Positions 13,101 through 27,385 of a DNA stretch of 64,000 bases are shown here, one piece after another; position 1 is the stretch's first letter, and the number at the start of each line of letters is the position of its first letter. A program made the position numbers and the translations under genes. The stretch comes from Octopus bimaculoides (Eukaryota). Where the stretch lies: contig NC_068982.1 in assembly GCF_001194135.2 (NCBI RefSeq), forward strand, positions 26,247,214-26,311,213, read 5' to 3'. The notes beneath the pieces are model-generated. The model was not told where the DNA came from. It did no database searches and was given only the letters and a program-made list of their open reading frames with translations.

Positions 13101-14661
13101 ATGTAGTCCTAATTATCTTTAAACAGATTACATAGTCACGAATGGAATACCTGTAGGTTATAGGTTTGCTTAATCAACGTTAATTTTGAGATAAACAAAA
13201 ATAACAGCTACAACACAAGTGAATGAGTCACTTTTCGATTCTCGCCAGAGGTGTGGTTGATATTTTATCCCAACTTAATTACTATTTAAAATGTAAAATG
13301 ACATTAGACATATCGGGTCGACAAAGGAAATCTTTGCATGATCATGCTGTCTGCAAGATATAGTAGCCCAAGCTCATTTACAATTATCTCACCACACCAT
13401 CTTAAATAAAAGACACCATACACAATGTATTGCTAAATTATCCCATAGAAAAAGTAGGATGAACCCGGATGAACTGCTTTTGATCATATGTCGATTCGAT
13501 CAGATTTGTCTTGAATCTAAGCAACAACAATAGTAACAACAATATCAAGACTGAGTTAAATATGATTCATAAAGTCCGTATTGATAGATTATTGGCAATC
13601 AAGCAAATGACAGGTGATTCATATCACATTAATCAATCAAAATCCATAAATTTTGGAGGCCGTATTTGTACAACAGACTAATCGAGTTTCGCTGGGCCAT
13701 GTTTCTTTTAGTAATTCTTATTGCCTCACTATGTCTTTTCTGTGAGAGGTTTCCGTGTTTTTTGATAAGTTTTATTTCCAATTACGGATTGCGCACACAG
13801 TGCGGAATTGACCGTTTTAGTCGTCCAGCACCCTGCTATGACACAGGTTATGCTACGTACTACTAACAGGTAGAGTAACAAGTAGAGAAGTTAGACTGTT
13901 GGCCTAACATTGTATTCGTCCTTGGTCAAGAAAATTTAGTCGCAAATGGTCGTCGTGTTGCTAACAAACAAGATGCCAAATATTCTGCCAAGAGGTCACT
14001 CGAAGAATAAAAGTAGCAGCATGATATATCAGGGGGACTATTTGTGTAGGGGTTGTTTCGTTTTAAATAAATTAGTTCGAAACATAAAGCAAGTCGGTCA
14101 CGTATAGAACATCCCTGGTTGTAGGTCTCATATATGAGCGCATACAAGTTACTAAACAGCAAAATACCCGACCATGTCAATAAAGGAGCCATAATATAGT
14201 CGTTCTTCTTCCTACAATTAAGTCACTTAGGTCACGCCCAAATCTCGTGGAGTACACATTGAATAATGTAACTCTCAGTACATACGATATAATAGGAGAC
14301 GGAATAATCCCGGATAAAACGCCACTAAATATAGTTTTGTTTGATTACAGCTAATTGTTTCATTAAACACCAACACGATAAAAGTGCTTCGTCAAAACAG
14401 AAGTTGGATTCTACTAATTTGATATCGAAATCTAGATTGTACCCTAGTTTCTTAAAAAAAGCGGGAAAGACGATTTTCATACTACGATCCTAGATATGTC
14501 TTAGCAAAATTTTTTTAAAATATGGTTGAAGGGCTGCCCTGGAGTTCAGCAACAATAACAATAAAGGTATCTCTAATTAATAACCATGTTCCTTTTGAGA
14601 GACAGACAATATATATATATATATATATATACTGTGAATAAGCTAAACTGGAATTGTAAAC

Positions 14662-14986
14662 CAGGGGTTCTCAAACATTTTGTATCAATGGACTTCCTTG
14701 ATTACTAACTTATTCTGGTCTGGTCCCGCAACTATTCCACGTTTAAAAACTAGACTTACAGAAGCTTCTTTCAAACTTCCTATTTTGGTTTTCACGCATT
14801 AAACTGTGTGAGTTGAACTATGTAAAATGTTAGATAAAGTAGTCTGGCTGTTTCTTGCAATACATACCAATATATACATCGAAAGCAATATTATTGTGCA
14901 TCCCCAATTTACTATTTTGTTGTGTAGACTCCAAAAATCTTATATGCACTATCAGGGGCCATGTGGACCTCGGTTGAGAACCAATG
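14662..14986. mobile_element. hAT-type MITE
   Basis: Terminal inverted repeats caggggttctcaaac and ggttgagaaccaatg (Charlie/hAT-like). The flanking 8-mers ttgtaaac and ttttagac match at 6/8, consistent with a decayed 8-bp target-site duplication. Confidence 0.7.
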
Positions 14987-15111
14987 TTTTAGACAATAGA
15001 TGGTCCAAGTGTTTATTAAAATCGTTTGTATCCACTTTATGTAGGTCTTTTAAATCTTTCATACACACATGTACTCACATATATTCACTCTTTCATATGT
15101 ACCTGTATACT

Positions 15112-15215
<104 letters not shown>

Positions 15216-16109
15216 CGTGTGTTTATATACGTGTTTATGTGTGTATATTCATGTGCCTATGTGAATATAATTCGTATTGGATTGATATCGATAACAATAG
15301 TGTTGTTAACTCACATGTTGTACACGAGTTATCAAACGTTCACATTATCCACATAATTAACTCTTCTGAATTGGAGACTGTGTGACGTTAATGATTTTCT
15401 AAAAAGTATTAAAGTAGACTATGAGTCAGAATGGAAACCGCACTGGAAATTTGTCTTTTGCTGGATATCTAAAACTCGACATTCTTCTAAACAGAAAGTG
15501 ACGTGACAAGAGTCTCGTAATTAGGTAGCCAATGTAAACAATCACTTACGAATAAAGAAATAAATTCAAAAATATGCTTTGCAGCGAATTCTGATCACTT
15601 TGCTCTCTGCTTGTCTTGTGTCATTATACAAAGGAAAGGCTAACTAGTGCAATGTGAAGACCCAGAGGAGCTGAACGCTAAGCTATTCGTAAAACAGGGT
15701 TACCAGGTACACTGTCAGTCCATAAAAAAAAGGAGAAAAATTCGAGTGAAAGCTGTGTCAAGTTAATCGTAATAGAATGTTCTTCCCATAGTATATTCCA
15801 CTGACACAATTTACTGACGTTGAAACTCTATCTCACAGAAGCAAACAGAAAAACATATATCGTATGTTATCGTATGATATGGGAGACAAATGGCCGCTTT
15901 ATACATACATACATACGTACATACATTCATACATACATACATACGCACTTTCATATATCTATGAATAATACTTAGATTTATATATGTATATATATGTCTC
16001 CACATATACGTATGTATCTGTAATTACATATATTAATTTGGCTGTATTCAAAACTCTCCATTTTCTTTATATTATTCTCTCTCTCTATATATATGTATGT
16101 ATTTATACG

Positions 16110-16141
<32 letters not shown>

Positions 16142-16984
16142 TATATNNNNNNNNNNNNNNNNNNNNNNNNNNNNNNNNNNNNNNNNNNNNNNNNNNNNNN
16201 NNNNNNNNNNNNNNNNNNNNNNNNNNNNNNNNNNNNNNNNNNNNNNNNNNNNNNNNNNNNNNNNNNNNNNNNNNNNNNNNNNNNNNNNNNNNNNNNNNNN
16301 NNNNNNNNNNNNNNNNNNNNNNNNNNNNNNNNNNNNNNNNNNNNNNNNNNNNNNNNNNNNNNNNNNNNNNNNNNNNNNNNNNNNNNNNNNNNNNNNNNNN
16401 NNNNNNNNNNNNNNNNNNNNNNNNNNNNNNNNNNNNNNNNNNNNNNNNNNNNNNNNNNNNNNNNNNNNNNNNNNNNNNNATATATATATATATATACATA
16501 TATATATAGCGTTAAAGTGTACTATCAAATATAAAATCTGGGTTAAGTGCTGTCTTAAGTATGTGTACAAACTAAAATATTTTACCATTCCAATGATCCG
16601 AATCATGAAAGAAAGAAATAAGAAAACAATGAAAACATAAGTACAGGCATTATTAGCAGTTTTATTGAACGTTTTTATTACTGATTTAATTAAGAATTAT
16701 TACTTAGGCACAAGGACAAAACTTTATTGGGAGAAATTAATTGCAATTGATACTCTTCTCAGTTAATGACTGGTGTTTTTATTTTTAAAGTTATTTTATC
16801 AGTATCGGAAGGAGGAGACACAGGGATAACAGCAGTAAGATTTAGCTTTAGAAAGCAAAGTTACATGACAAAAAATTGCGAAAAACTTTGTCCGTTTATC
16901 TGCCATTTCTCTGTTTCCAAATGTATTTCCAATCACGAGCATGTCACGTCAATTTCCATGTTTTATCTAATGAGCGAAACATTA

Positions 16985-17345
16985 CAATCGTGAATACAGG
17001 CAGCCGAAATTGGGGTTTCTACAAAGGATTTCTGAATTAACGCTACTCGATAGAGTGCGTAGTACGAAGGTCATGGAGACCATTGAGAGGTCACAGCTCC
17101 GTTACTACGGACATCTGATTAGAATGTTGCATGAAAGATTTGCAATGCGGATTCGTCAAGCCGAGCCAATCGGCTGGATACCTAGATGTAGTCCTCGAAT
17201 AAGATGGTTGGGTAATATCCATAGCGTCAGTTGGTCACACTTGGTATCTAGTCGGAAAGTATATTGAAGGTTTGTTCTGATAGAACCCCATGGAAGAGGT
17301 AACTGAGGACTCTACCCCCACGACACTCCTAGGAAAAGTGGACGG
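16985..17345 (+). mobile_element. RTE-clade LINE 3' fragment
   Basis: FLQRISELTLLDRVRS...IERSQLRYYGHLIRM...PRIRWL matches the RTE C-terminal pattern (LRWFGHVxRM...RGRPRxRW). Confidence 0.8.
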
Positions 17346-17544
17346 AAAAGATAGATGGATCCAGAATTTTGGATCGTCTTGAAAACTTTGTATTAACATG
17401 TAGTTTGGGATATATTAATTTGAATGATATTTTCTATATCTAAATATGTTGATACAACAGAAACAATTGTTAGCTTTGCAAGGTGAATTCTACAATTAAA
17501 GATGTGATTTTCTTTATCCGTGGTTTTGTTATCTCTATCTATCC

Positions 17545-17583
<39 letters not shown>

Positions 17584-17584
17584 A

Positions 17585-17639
<55 letters not shown>

Positions 17640-17645
17640 TGTTTG

Positions 17646-17680
<35 letters not shown>

Positions 17681-18358
17681 AACAAGGATATAGAATCTTC
17701 TTAAAGGGATGGTAGCATCCAAGGACCCGGCTATATCCAATGTATCAGTTAAAAACCAAAGATATTAGTTTAAACTTGATGGATATGGGTATACTACGAT
17801 TTTTGTATGAGAAAAAGGAAACGGAGGACATTAATTTATTAGAACATTCAATTCCGAACAATATTAAATTCATTGCACTTACAGTTGTTTCTATGCCCAA
17901 CAAAATCAATTTGAGAAATTAAATTAAATCGAATGAAGTGAAATTAAATTTTCATGTTGAATATCGTTGGTCGGGCATTTCGTCAGGGGAAGAATTTGAT
18001 AGACAGGAGCTACATTCCAATGTGTCGTTTGACCATTGTTAGACTCAGACATGTGTGCTTCAGTAATCAATGTATTTAAAAAAAGAAAAAAAACAAAACG
18101 TTACTTATGTATATTTATATGCAAACTTGTTCATGCATTTGTTCGCGTGTACGTGTAATGTGTTGAGAAACAATAGTATCCCTTAGTTAGCTTAAATAAG
18201 ATTTCGATACGATTACTTAACCTAGAAGCTAAAAACAATATTCCTAATTTACATTATAAGTTATGATAGATCGAAATGTTAGTAAATTATTTAATCACTT
18301 AAGAAATTTATTATAATTAACCCAGTTGTAAGCTCTAGTAATTACAGCTAAATAATAA

Positions 18359-18427
<69 letters not shown>

Positions 18428-19989
18428 TATTCATTATTTATTTATTTATTTATTTTCATTTTTAAACCATAGATACATATATGTAATAGTATTTTATGTA
18501 TTTGTGCGTGCGTGCGTTCGTTAACGTGTTGAAAGTTCCTAGACAATGACGAATCAAAGCTGCTCACTATTTAGCAAAGCTGAATATTACGTCATCAATA
18601 TATTTGCACAATATATTTATTTATAATAGTAAGAATAGATACGAACGATCATAATTGAGAAAAGTATTAACGTTAACAAATCAAAATTAAAAAAATTAAA
18701 ACTATTATTAAATTAATACGTAGTATCTTTAACTTAAAATTACCAGTTATTTACAAATAATCATCACAGATTCCTGAGATACGTACTTAAATTAATGTCG
18801 TGGCAACGTTTATATAATACAGTTAGCCGTAAATGAAACCTTCATATTAACCATTTGTTTTATATTTTAATATTAATAAGACATTTACTAACAATTATTA
18901 ATCTTTTTTGTTACTATTGTTAGCATATTAATCCTAAGATACCACCGAATTTATAGTTTTAGTAATCCGTACTTTATTTTTAATGGTACTTTTTGAAAAC
19001 ATGTTTACAGACATAAATACGCGATAACCCACCCTCCTTTTTGGGGTTAAGGAGTCTACGTCTAGAATTTAAGATTTGGAATAATTCTTCCATCCGAAGG
19101 AAACAATAGGCATATCCAATTTTATAGACACCAGCCTTGCCTATGATTTCCTACCATACAGTAAACATTTTAGTTTTGTCCTTTAAATCCCAAATATTTT
19201 GGGAACCTGTCAAGACTCTGCATAAGCACTGCAGCAGTCCAATGAGCTAAAAAAAGAAATGAAGGTAATAAAATAAAAGCTATAACTACAAGAAGTGAAA
19301 AAAGAACAAAAATATAAGACTGCAAACTTCTGGAATTAACTTTTCTCCTTTCGTCTGTCTTCTTTCTGTAGTTGAATGGATCGAGCTACATATGTTCGAA
19401 AGTTTCAAAGCCATTAATAAATTATTTTTATTACTCATTAGGGACCTTTTATTAAATTATGTAGGTACACAATGTAGTATGTTTGTACCATGATATTGTA
19501 TGATTTCCATATAACATGCCCAGTAATTCTCTTAAGTTATAAGTTATGATGTCATCAGGTTGATAATGATCAGTCACTCATCACTGCATGCAATATTAAA
19601 TTGAGGAGAATTAAAATTTCTGTCTCTTTTGGCCAAACTCGAGAATTAAGAATTGATTTGTTTTCTTTTGTAATTGATTTGCTTTCTCTTCCTCAGAGAA
19701 CTAATTTTAATTAGAATAAATTCAGTTCATTTAACCGTTGGGTATAACTATCAGGTTCATGCATAAATGTTGAATGTGATAGTGATGCCCCTCACCCAGC
19801 GAAAAATAATTACCTCACGACCAAATAATTGTTTCCAGATTGCTCCTCGAGATCTGATATATTTATGAAAGAGCCATGGCAGAAACTGATGATTCCCTAC
19901 AAGTAACTTAACGACACGTAAACTTTTCATTGAAATTTCTTTTTCACTTGCGACTGAATTTATCTTCTGTTATTTTCTCTTGCAACTTA

Positions 19990-20240
19990 GTCATTGGAGG
20001 TCATCCAAGTCTGGTGAGATTGAAAATGATGAAGTTCACTTTGAACACCTTTAGGTGGTTGTCTTGAAGAAACAACTGAGCAGAAGAAATTCTAAATATC
20101 TGCAACTCTGAGGAAGAAAGATTGGAAACGATGTTTTGTGCAAGAACTGAGAGGGAAGCAGTTAGGATCACGGGAGTATGTGTCCTTCGAGTACCCATAC
20201 CTGAGATGGATAGAAGAAACACTGTGTGTGGTTAGCCCAT
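19990..20240 (-). mobile_element. Possible CR1/L2-type LINE 3' remnant
   Basis: Minus frame HLRYGYSKDTYSRDPNCFPLSSCTKHRFQSFFLRVADI*N resembles the SFFxRxxxxWN terminus of CR1/L2 ORF2. Confidence 0.35.
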
Positions 20241-21318
20241 GATTGTGGAATATATGTGAGTGGGTTTTTTTTCTTGTTATGAGGACCGTTCTTATGTAGT
20301 AGCCACACCGTAAGTAATACGTTTTGTGGTTTTTAATTGGACTGTGAAGTGGGTCAGTAATTGATAAGAGTTAAACCATTTAGTGGCTATGAAGAGGAAT
20401 CCTAGTTTCCAGCTTGCAGTTTGTGCAATGTTACATATGTAACGTCACTTTGAAAGATCATTAGAGTTTGCAATGCTTAACATTTGTAGCAAGTTTAAGG
20501 GCCGTAATTATGTGTTGTTGTTGTTGATGAAAAGAGAGAAACACAGACACACACACACAGACATTTGTACATGTACAAAGCCGTTTAAGTCAGTATTAAA
20601 ATGAACAAAAATTCAGTTGCAATGAATGCAGTTACCCTTTACAATACTGACCTTTTGCAAAGTTAAAACAAGACAAACATAAAACAAAATAGATTAACAC
20701 TTCACGAACGAAGTATTGTCTAATATTACTTTCTGGATATATGTACAGAAGTATGAATGTATCGGAGGTGTAAATACAAGTGTCATAGATGTCTATAATC
20801 ATTTTTTCAGTGGTCACAGTGAATTAAGCAAAGTGACTTAATTTCAGTCAAGATCTGAAACTAATTCCTAGAATCCAAGCATTACCGCGAGACGCTGTTC
20901 TTTATTCCATGTTGGTTGTCACATTAATAATTTTTTTCCTTTTGATGCTTTTGACCTACTTTTATAAGGTAGTTAAAGTGGAATGCTATGAGATGTTCTC
21001 ATCTTTCTCAAAGATATTACAAGCATAAGTGAAGTGACATGACTTCAAACAACGATTCAGAAAACCGCTCACTTCCTCGACTTGCCTCCCTCAATAGCAG
21101 TAACCAAACAAAATGTCAAGAATTAACCCTCTTCTTCGACCTTACAACCTCATGATTTGTATATGTGTATGAAATTCAGAATAACGTTTAGGTCCCTGAT
21201 ATTTGGAAAAAGAGGCAGTCATATAACAGGGCTGATTTATACATACATACGAGAGCGCGCGCGCTCACACACATATATGTACACATAATCATACATACGT
21301 ACATACACATACACACAG

Positions 21319-21418
<100 letters not shown>

Positions 21419-22252
21419 ATACATATGTATTCATGCATATAAATGTAAACGTATGTTTGTGGGTAAGAAAGAGAGGCCAAGTAGAAAAGTTTTAATTAGC
21501 AGATTTTATTGTTACATGAGGGTTCCCCACATGGAGTCCATTAATGATAATGCTACACGCTGATCAAGAAAATAACAACAATATTGTTTTTCTTATGTTG
21601 TGTAAGAAATTGATATTTACGCCATCTTTGTTGTGTTAATTTTTTTTTTTTTTTGGATATAGAAAAACAAGCGGGAAAGCAATGAACAATAACAATGAAG
21701 ATTTAAAAAAAAGTAATATATAAAACACGAACTATCAAGACACGAGTTCACATCAGCACTTGGTAAAATCTTTAAAAATACAGTAAAAATATCACTATCA
21801 ACAGCACAAACAATATAAAAAGTCTTACGTTTGTCTTAAACAAGTTAATTTTCAATTTTAAACTTGAACTAAGGTCATCAGGATACTTCTAATTTTTCGT
21901 GGGGTTTTAGTTATATTTTTGTCATTATCTGATTGTCTGATGTAAACAGAATGCTTCTCTTATAATTTTAAATAGTTTGTTCTTATCCTCGTCCTTGCTC
22001 TTCTTAGCCTTTTGCTGTTGTAGATTTTAGTGATGTTGGCATTAATGTGTGTTTGTATGTCCTCCCGGACATCTGCCTATGCCTATGTCTCTCTCTCTTT
22101 ATATATACGTGGAGGAGAGAGGCTGGTATGTATAGGCGACTGCTGGTCTTCCATGAACAAGCTGGCCCGGACTTGTGCCTCAGAGGGTAACTTTCTAGGA
22201 GCAATTCCATAGTCATTCATGACCGGTAGGAGTCTTTACCCTTTACCTTTTA

Positions 22253-22292
<40 letters not shown>

Positions 22293-22346
22293 CTCTCTCT
22301 CTCNNNNNNNNNNTATATATATATATATATATATACAAAGAGATAG

Positions 22347-22393
<47 letters not shown>

Positions 22394-22469
22394 CGTGGAA
22401 GGAGGTAGCAATAGTAGCAACAAAGGAAGCATTTACAATTTCACCATCAGCAACAATAATAAAGTCTCT

Positions 22470-24200
22470 TCTGAGGGCATGGCCACCCCATAAGAATTTT
22501 ATCCTCTTTAAAGGATAATGCCTCTAAATTTTCGAATGCGGCTAAATTTAGAAAAATCGAAGAGAGAAAGGCAGAGACGGCTCCGCTCCCTGAAACATTG
22601 GCTGCTATAGCCAGAATAGTGTCTTATGAATGCATTACCTTCAGGTTTCGATGCCGGGAAACGGCTACGAAAGTCCAGATTGAAAGGGCCCTACACGAGA
22701 CATGGCAGGACATCGGCCATATATCGAGGGCAAAGTAGGCAAGGACGAAGTCTTATTTAAGACTTAGCAGTCTTATTTAAGACTTATTAAGACTTAGCAA
22801 TCTTATTTAATACTTATTAATACTTAGCAATCCAAAACCCGGTAGCCACCCGGAAAGAAGAGAGGTGAAAATTACCCAAGGGATTGACAAGAACTATATT
22901 TGTGGTGGATGCTAGCTTGTTTGGTATAAGGCGAGAGCGAAACTCTCAGGGAGTTTAAAGAGGGATAATTGAACTAGGTAGCGAGGAAGCTGTCCCTGGA
23001 TGGACAGGTGGCGTTGGGGAATGCATACATTGCTTTCATCATCTACAACGGCCTGACCGCCTTCCCTTAATTTATTTATATAGTGGCAGATCAAGCTGCA
23101 GCGCTCGCTCTTTCGCTTTCCGTAAGGGACGTGTTTTGTCAGCTGCTGCTGAATGGAGGATTGGGCATGCCGTGAGTAATGTTGCGCAGATATGAGCTGT
23201 GGCTGCGACATCACCAGTGTTTCCTCAACAGATAGGATTTTTCACAACTTCTCTCATTGATGGAATTAGATCAAGTGTAAACTAAAAAAAAAAAAGGGTG
23301 CTTGGCACATAGAGTGTTCGCAAGTGCTCACATCTCTCAGCCAGTTGGGTAATGCGGTCGGTGAAAATTCCACATTGGAGTTCTTTAGGGAATTAGTGGC
23401 AGGCAAGGGTGACGACGTCCGTCATGAAAAATTTGGGCGTCAAAAGGGATCAATTAGCTGGACTGTTGGGACAGGACCTATGGATAATTTCCTGAAATCT
23501 GTAGCATGGCAGTGCTATCGAGGAGCTTTGTCGGTTCGAAACACGCTCTACAGACACAGAAGTGCTGTTAGAAGGACCTGTCCGAGATGTCTGCAGAGCG
23601 ATGAAACCGTTCTGCATACACACGTCCAGTGGATGGGCATTGATGGCTTGAGGGACTTTGTTAAACAGCCGTTGACACGTGTAGGGCGGATCCAGTTATC
23701 AGCCAAAATCAGTTTTTGGGCCGGGAAAGAAAGGCAATTTTCCCCTTCTTAGTGGCTATAGCGAAAGAGATACTGTGGTGGACGAGGCTGAAAGGTTTAA
23801 AGGCAGATACTTTGCTCTTTGGCCAAGTTCTTATCAATTTTGTTAAGTTCCACAAGAAAAGGAAAGTGAGGATGGAGAGGAAGGTGTTTCCTCAAGATTT
23901 CTTACGAAAAGTGGGTGAATATGGCAAGGATGGTACGTATGAAAGGCCCCACTCTGAACACACATTTGTAAGCCGGAGGAGCTGAGGCGCCCCTAACGGA
24001 TGTGGTAACTAGAATTTATCAGGTTCCTTAGTCATCCCTGGTAGGAAGTACCCACCATTTCCTGAATTTTATTGTTGAATTTTTGTTGTTGTCCTTGTTG
24101 CATTTTTTATACACGAATGTTTGTGCTACGTACCACTTGTCTCTTGAGTTTTATTGTCTCTGTTTCTTTTGCTTTCCGCCCTTGTGGCTAATAAAAGAGG
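22470..24200 (+). mobile_element. Tx1/L1-clade LINE, internally deleted and decayed
   Basis: ORF1-like ETLAAIARIVSYECITFRFRCRETATKVQIERALHETWQDIGHISRAK; post-RT RKLSLDGQVALGNAYIA and GGLGMP; zf-RVT-like AWQCYRGALSVR...TCPRCLQSDETVLH; T-rich 3' UTR with AATAAA at 24190. Confidence 0.8.
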
Positions 24201-24213
24201 ATGTCGATGTTGA

Positions 24214-24300
24214 TCATCATCATCATCACTATCATCATCATCATCACTATCCTCATCATCATCACTATCATCATCATCATCACTGTCATCATCATTATTT
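24214..24300. repeat. (CAT)n microsatellite between tail-to-tail LINEs
   Basis: Directly visible. Confidence 0.95.
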
Positions 24301-24361
24301 TTATTAGAAGATGAAAAAAGACAAAGAAATGAGCTCTCATTGCCTTTTATGAAATTCAAAT

Positions 24362-27300
24362 ACTTTTCTGCAAATTATTTTATAATAATATCCGGTTTAT
24401 TAGTTTTTATAGTTTTGTCGGTATGTACGGCGAAGTCCCACAGAATCGATACATTTTCTCCCTCAGTCACTGCTTCAGGATGGTGTTTATACCATTTGTC
24501 AGCGGTTTTGATCTTATAATGCCGACATATTGTCCAGTGTAATTACTGGCCAACTCTGTCATGTCTTGCTTTATATTCTACAGGTGCTAAAACTCTACAC
24601 CCTGAGATTAGGTGGTCTATAGTTTTAATATCATTGTTNNNNNNNNNNNNNNNNNNNNNNNNNNNNNNNNNNNNNNNNNNNNNNNNNNNNNNNNNNNNNN
24701 NNNNNNNNNNNNNNNNNNNNNNNNNNNNNNNNNNNNNNNNNNNNNNNNNNNNNNNNNNNNNNNNNNNNNNNNNNNNNNNNNNNNNNNNNNNNNNNNNNNN
24801 NNNNNNNNNNNNNNNNNNNNNNNNNNNNNNNNNNNNNNNNNNNNNNNNNNNNNNNNNNNNNNNNNNNNNNNNNNNNNNNNNNNNNNNNNNNNNNNNNNNN
24901 NNNNNNNNNNNNNNNNNNNNNNNNNNNNNNNNNNNGCTAGCTAATTTTTCATGTGCTTTTGTCTTTGCAATTAATTTTCTTTTCTTTGCAGCAGCATTTG
25001 GCGCATTTCCTTCAACCTGATCAAGCTGGTGGGTATCTAAGAGATCAGTAGCGAATTTTTTGTTCTCTTTCAGAATAGAGTGAAGTTTTTTCGGTCTTTC
25101 ATGTTTTTTAACAAGTTTCAGCATCCAATCGTTGGTTGTTTTAAGGTATGTGGCCAGTCCGATTGTGATGGGTTTTGTACGTAAGTTCAAGCTGGATCAA
25201 GCCTCGACCTTCCTGAGCTCTGGGAAGGTAAAGACGATCCACGTCTGCCTTTGGATGGTGCATTTTATTACAAGTTTGTAACTTGCAGATTTTTCTATCA
25301 GTTTTCATTATTTCACTAGTATTCCAGTTAAGCACATTGAAGCTATAAAGAACAACTGGGACTGCTAAGGAAGTTATGGCTAACACCTTATTATATGCAT
25401 TCAGTTCGGACTTCAGAACTGCTCGAACTCTTCTATAACATTCCTTCTTAACCTTCTCTTTCATGCTTGCATGCTGGATACCAGAGCCTTCATTTATTCC
25501 TAGGTATTTATAGGTTTGTTCCTGCTCAAGTTCCTTTATTACTGTTTCGACATCTAATTCTATTGAACTTGATTTTACCAGTTTCCCTTTCTTAAAAGTG
25601 GCTTTGGCACACTCTTCAAGGCCAAACTACATCCCGATATCATCACTAAATCCTTTCACAGTATGTAGTAGTCCTTCAAGCTCTTCATCATCTTTGCCAC
25701 ATAGTTTTAAATCATCCATATAAAATAGATGGCTTATTTTCCTGTTGTTAATTTTGTAGCCATACCCTGTTCTATACAGTTCACTTGAGAGTGGTATTAG
25801 TGCTATGCAGAAAATTAGTGGTGAAAGTGAGTCACCTTGGAAAATGACACAGTTTATGCTAATATTGTTTGGGTGCAATACTCCATTAGAATGATATAAT
25901 TGCAACTTCGTGTTCCATAATGACATATACTTTAAAAAATCTGAAACCACAGGAGAAATTTTGAAAATGTCCAGCGATTTCAGAATCCACAAATGTGGTA
26001 TGCTGTCAAAGGCTTTTTTATAATCAATCCATGAAGAGCTGAGATTTCTGCGCTTGTTATGGCAGTTCTCATGGATCATGCGATTTATTAGGAGCTAATC
26101 TTTGCATCCGTATGAGCCTCGTCCGCATCCTTTTTGTTCAGTGGGAAAGAGGTTATTCTCTTCCATAAACGCATAAGTTTTCTCCACTAGAATAGATGTC
26201 AGAATCTTTCACGTAGTAGACAAACATGTTATAGGCCGGTAGTTTTTGGGGTTTTTGGTTTCGTCATTTTTGGGGAGGAGGTAAGTTATACCGTTTGCCA
26301 TCCAATGGGGAGTTCTTTCTGGGTCTTTCATAATACTATTAAATAGTATTACTAACATTTTGTGTGCGGACGAGAGTGATGAGAGCCAGAAATTTGGTAC
26401 TCTATCAATACCAGTGGATTTCCAATTATGAGCCTTCATTAATGCCCTCCTTAGGCCTGTGATTGAGATCTCTTCCCATACCTGTTCTTGTAGATTTTCT
26501 AGGCATCTTGGGTGCGTTTGATCCAGTCTGTATTTTTATTGTATGGTTTCTCATCACTCCAGATCCCTTTCCAAAAGTTTTCAACTTCTTCCATTAGGGG
26601 TGGATTTTCAATGGTTATTTTTTCTTTCCCTATTTCCCTGTAAAATGATTTGGCATTGGATTTGAACATCTTATCTTGCTTGTAGAATTTGATTCTTTTC
26701 TCAAATCTGCGTATTCTCTGAGCTTTTGCTTGAACTTTTTGTTTAAGTGTTTCATTCGCTGACATTAGTTCTTCTCTTGTTGAAAGTCCATATTGTCTCA
26801 CGATCTCCCTGCCTTTTCTTGATCTTACACCATTTCCAGAGATTAGCTCAGTTAATATTGATATCTCCCTTCGCATTGATTCAATCTCAGTTTCAATTCT
26901 ACTCCTCCAGTTTGATTTTCGTTTCGAATTTGGTATTGTTGGCTTTTTGGGTGTTAAACAGCGTCTTTCGATTACCTTAGCAACAGAGTAAATAATTTCA
27001 TTTAACTTAAGATCGGGTTTTAGTTGTTGTATGATTTCTTGTGTAACGCAGTTGCCAATTTTTATTTACGGTTTATGTTGATGTGCATTTGAGAGTCTAT
27101 GGAATGGTTCCCTATCATTCATCTTTGTATGCCCTACAATTGCAAGCTCATTCAGAACTTCCTGCTTCATTTCAATGATCGATTTTCTGTGTTGTTCAGC
27201 AAATATGTGGTCGTCAAATTCTGTTTCGACATCATGTTCTTGGCTGTTTTTTCTATGGTCATTATATTCTCCTTTTTTTTCAGGCTCTTGAGTGGTTTCG

Positions 27301-27385
27301 GCAGATGGTTGCCTTTCAGTCAATGCTTGTGGTCCAACATTACTCTCCTCTGTTTCGTTATTTCTTTCCTGACTTATATTTAGGT
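24362..27385 (-). mobile_element. Dong/R4-like RLE non-LTR retrotransposon (element A), ~3 kb with frameshifts and stops
   Basis: RT motifs YRPITCLST, WIDYKKAFDSIPH, FQGDSLSPLIF, SHLFYMDDLKL; post-RT HPKADVDRLYLPR..EGRGL; ISGCRVLAPVEYKARHDRVG; ILWDF...NKPDIIIK (start of the RLE PD motif). Confidence 0.92.

Noticed and set aside
20001-20222. ORF with an LRR-like look (LFLQDNHLKVF)
   Set aside because: A single partial motif with no repeats or splice context; another frame is better explained as a CR1/L2 3' remnant.
21830-21990. Minus-strand CTGATGA...GAAA preceded by IREAFCLHQ (PLE-like)
   Set aside because: Stems II and III and the cleavage triplet are not recoverable; too degenerate to claim.
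22750-22832. CRISPR-like palindromic repeats
   Set aside because: No unique spacers, no cas genes, eukaryotic context; this is a minisatellite.
24126-24359. Asp-rich/His-rich ORFs; also the Asn-rich ORF at 60560-60769
   Set aside because: These are (CAT)n and (AAC)n trinucleotide tracts.
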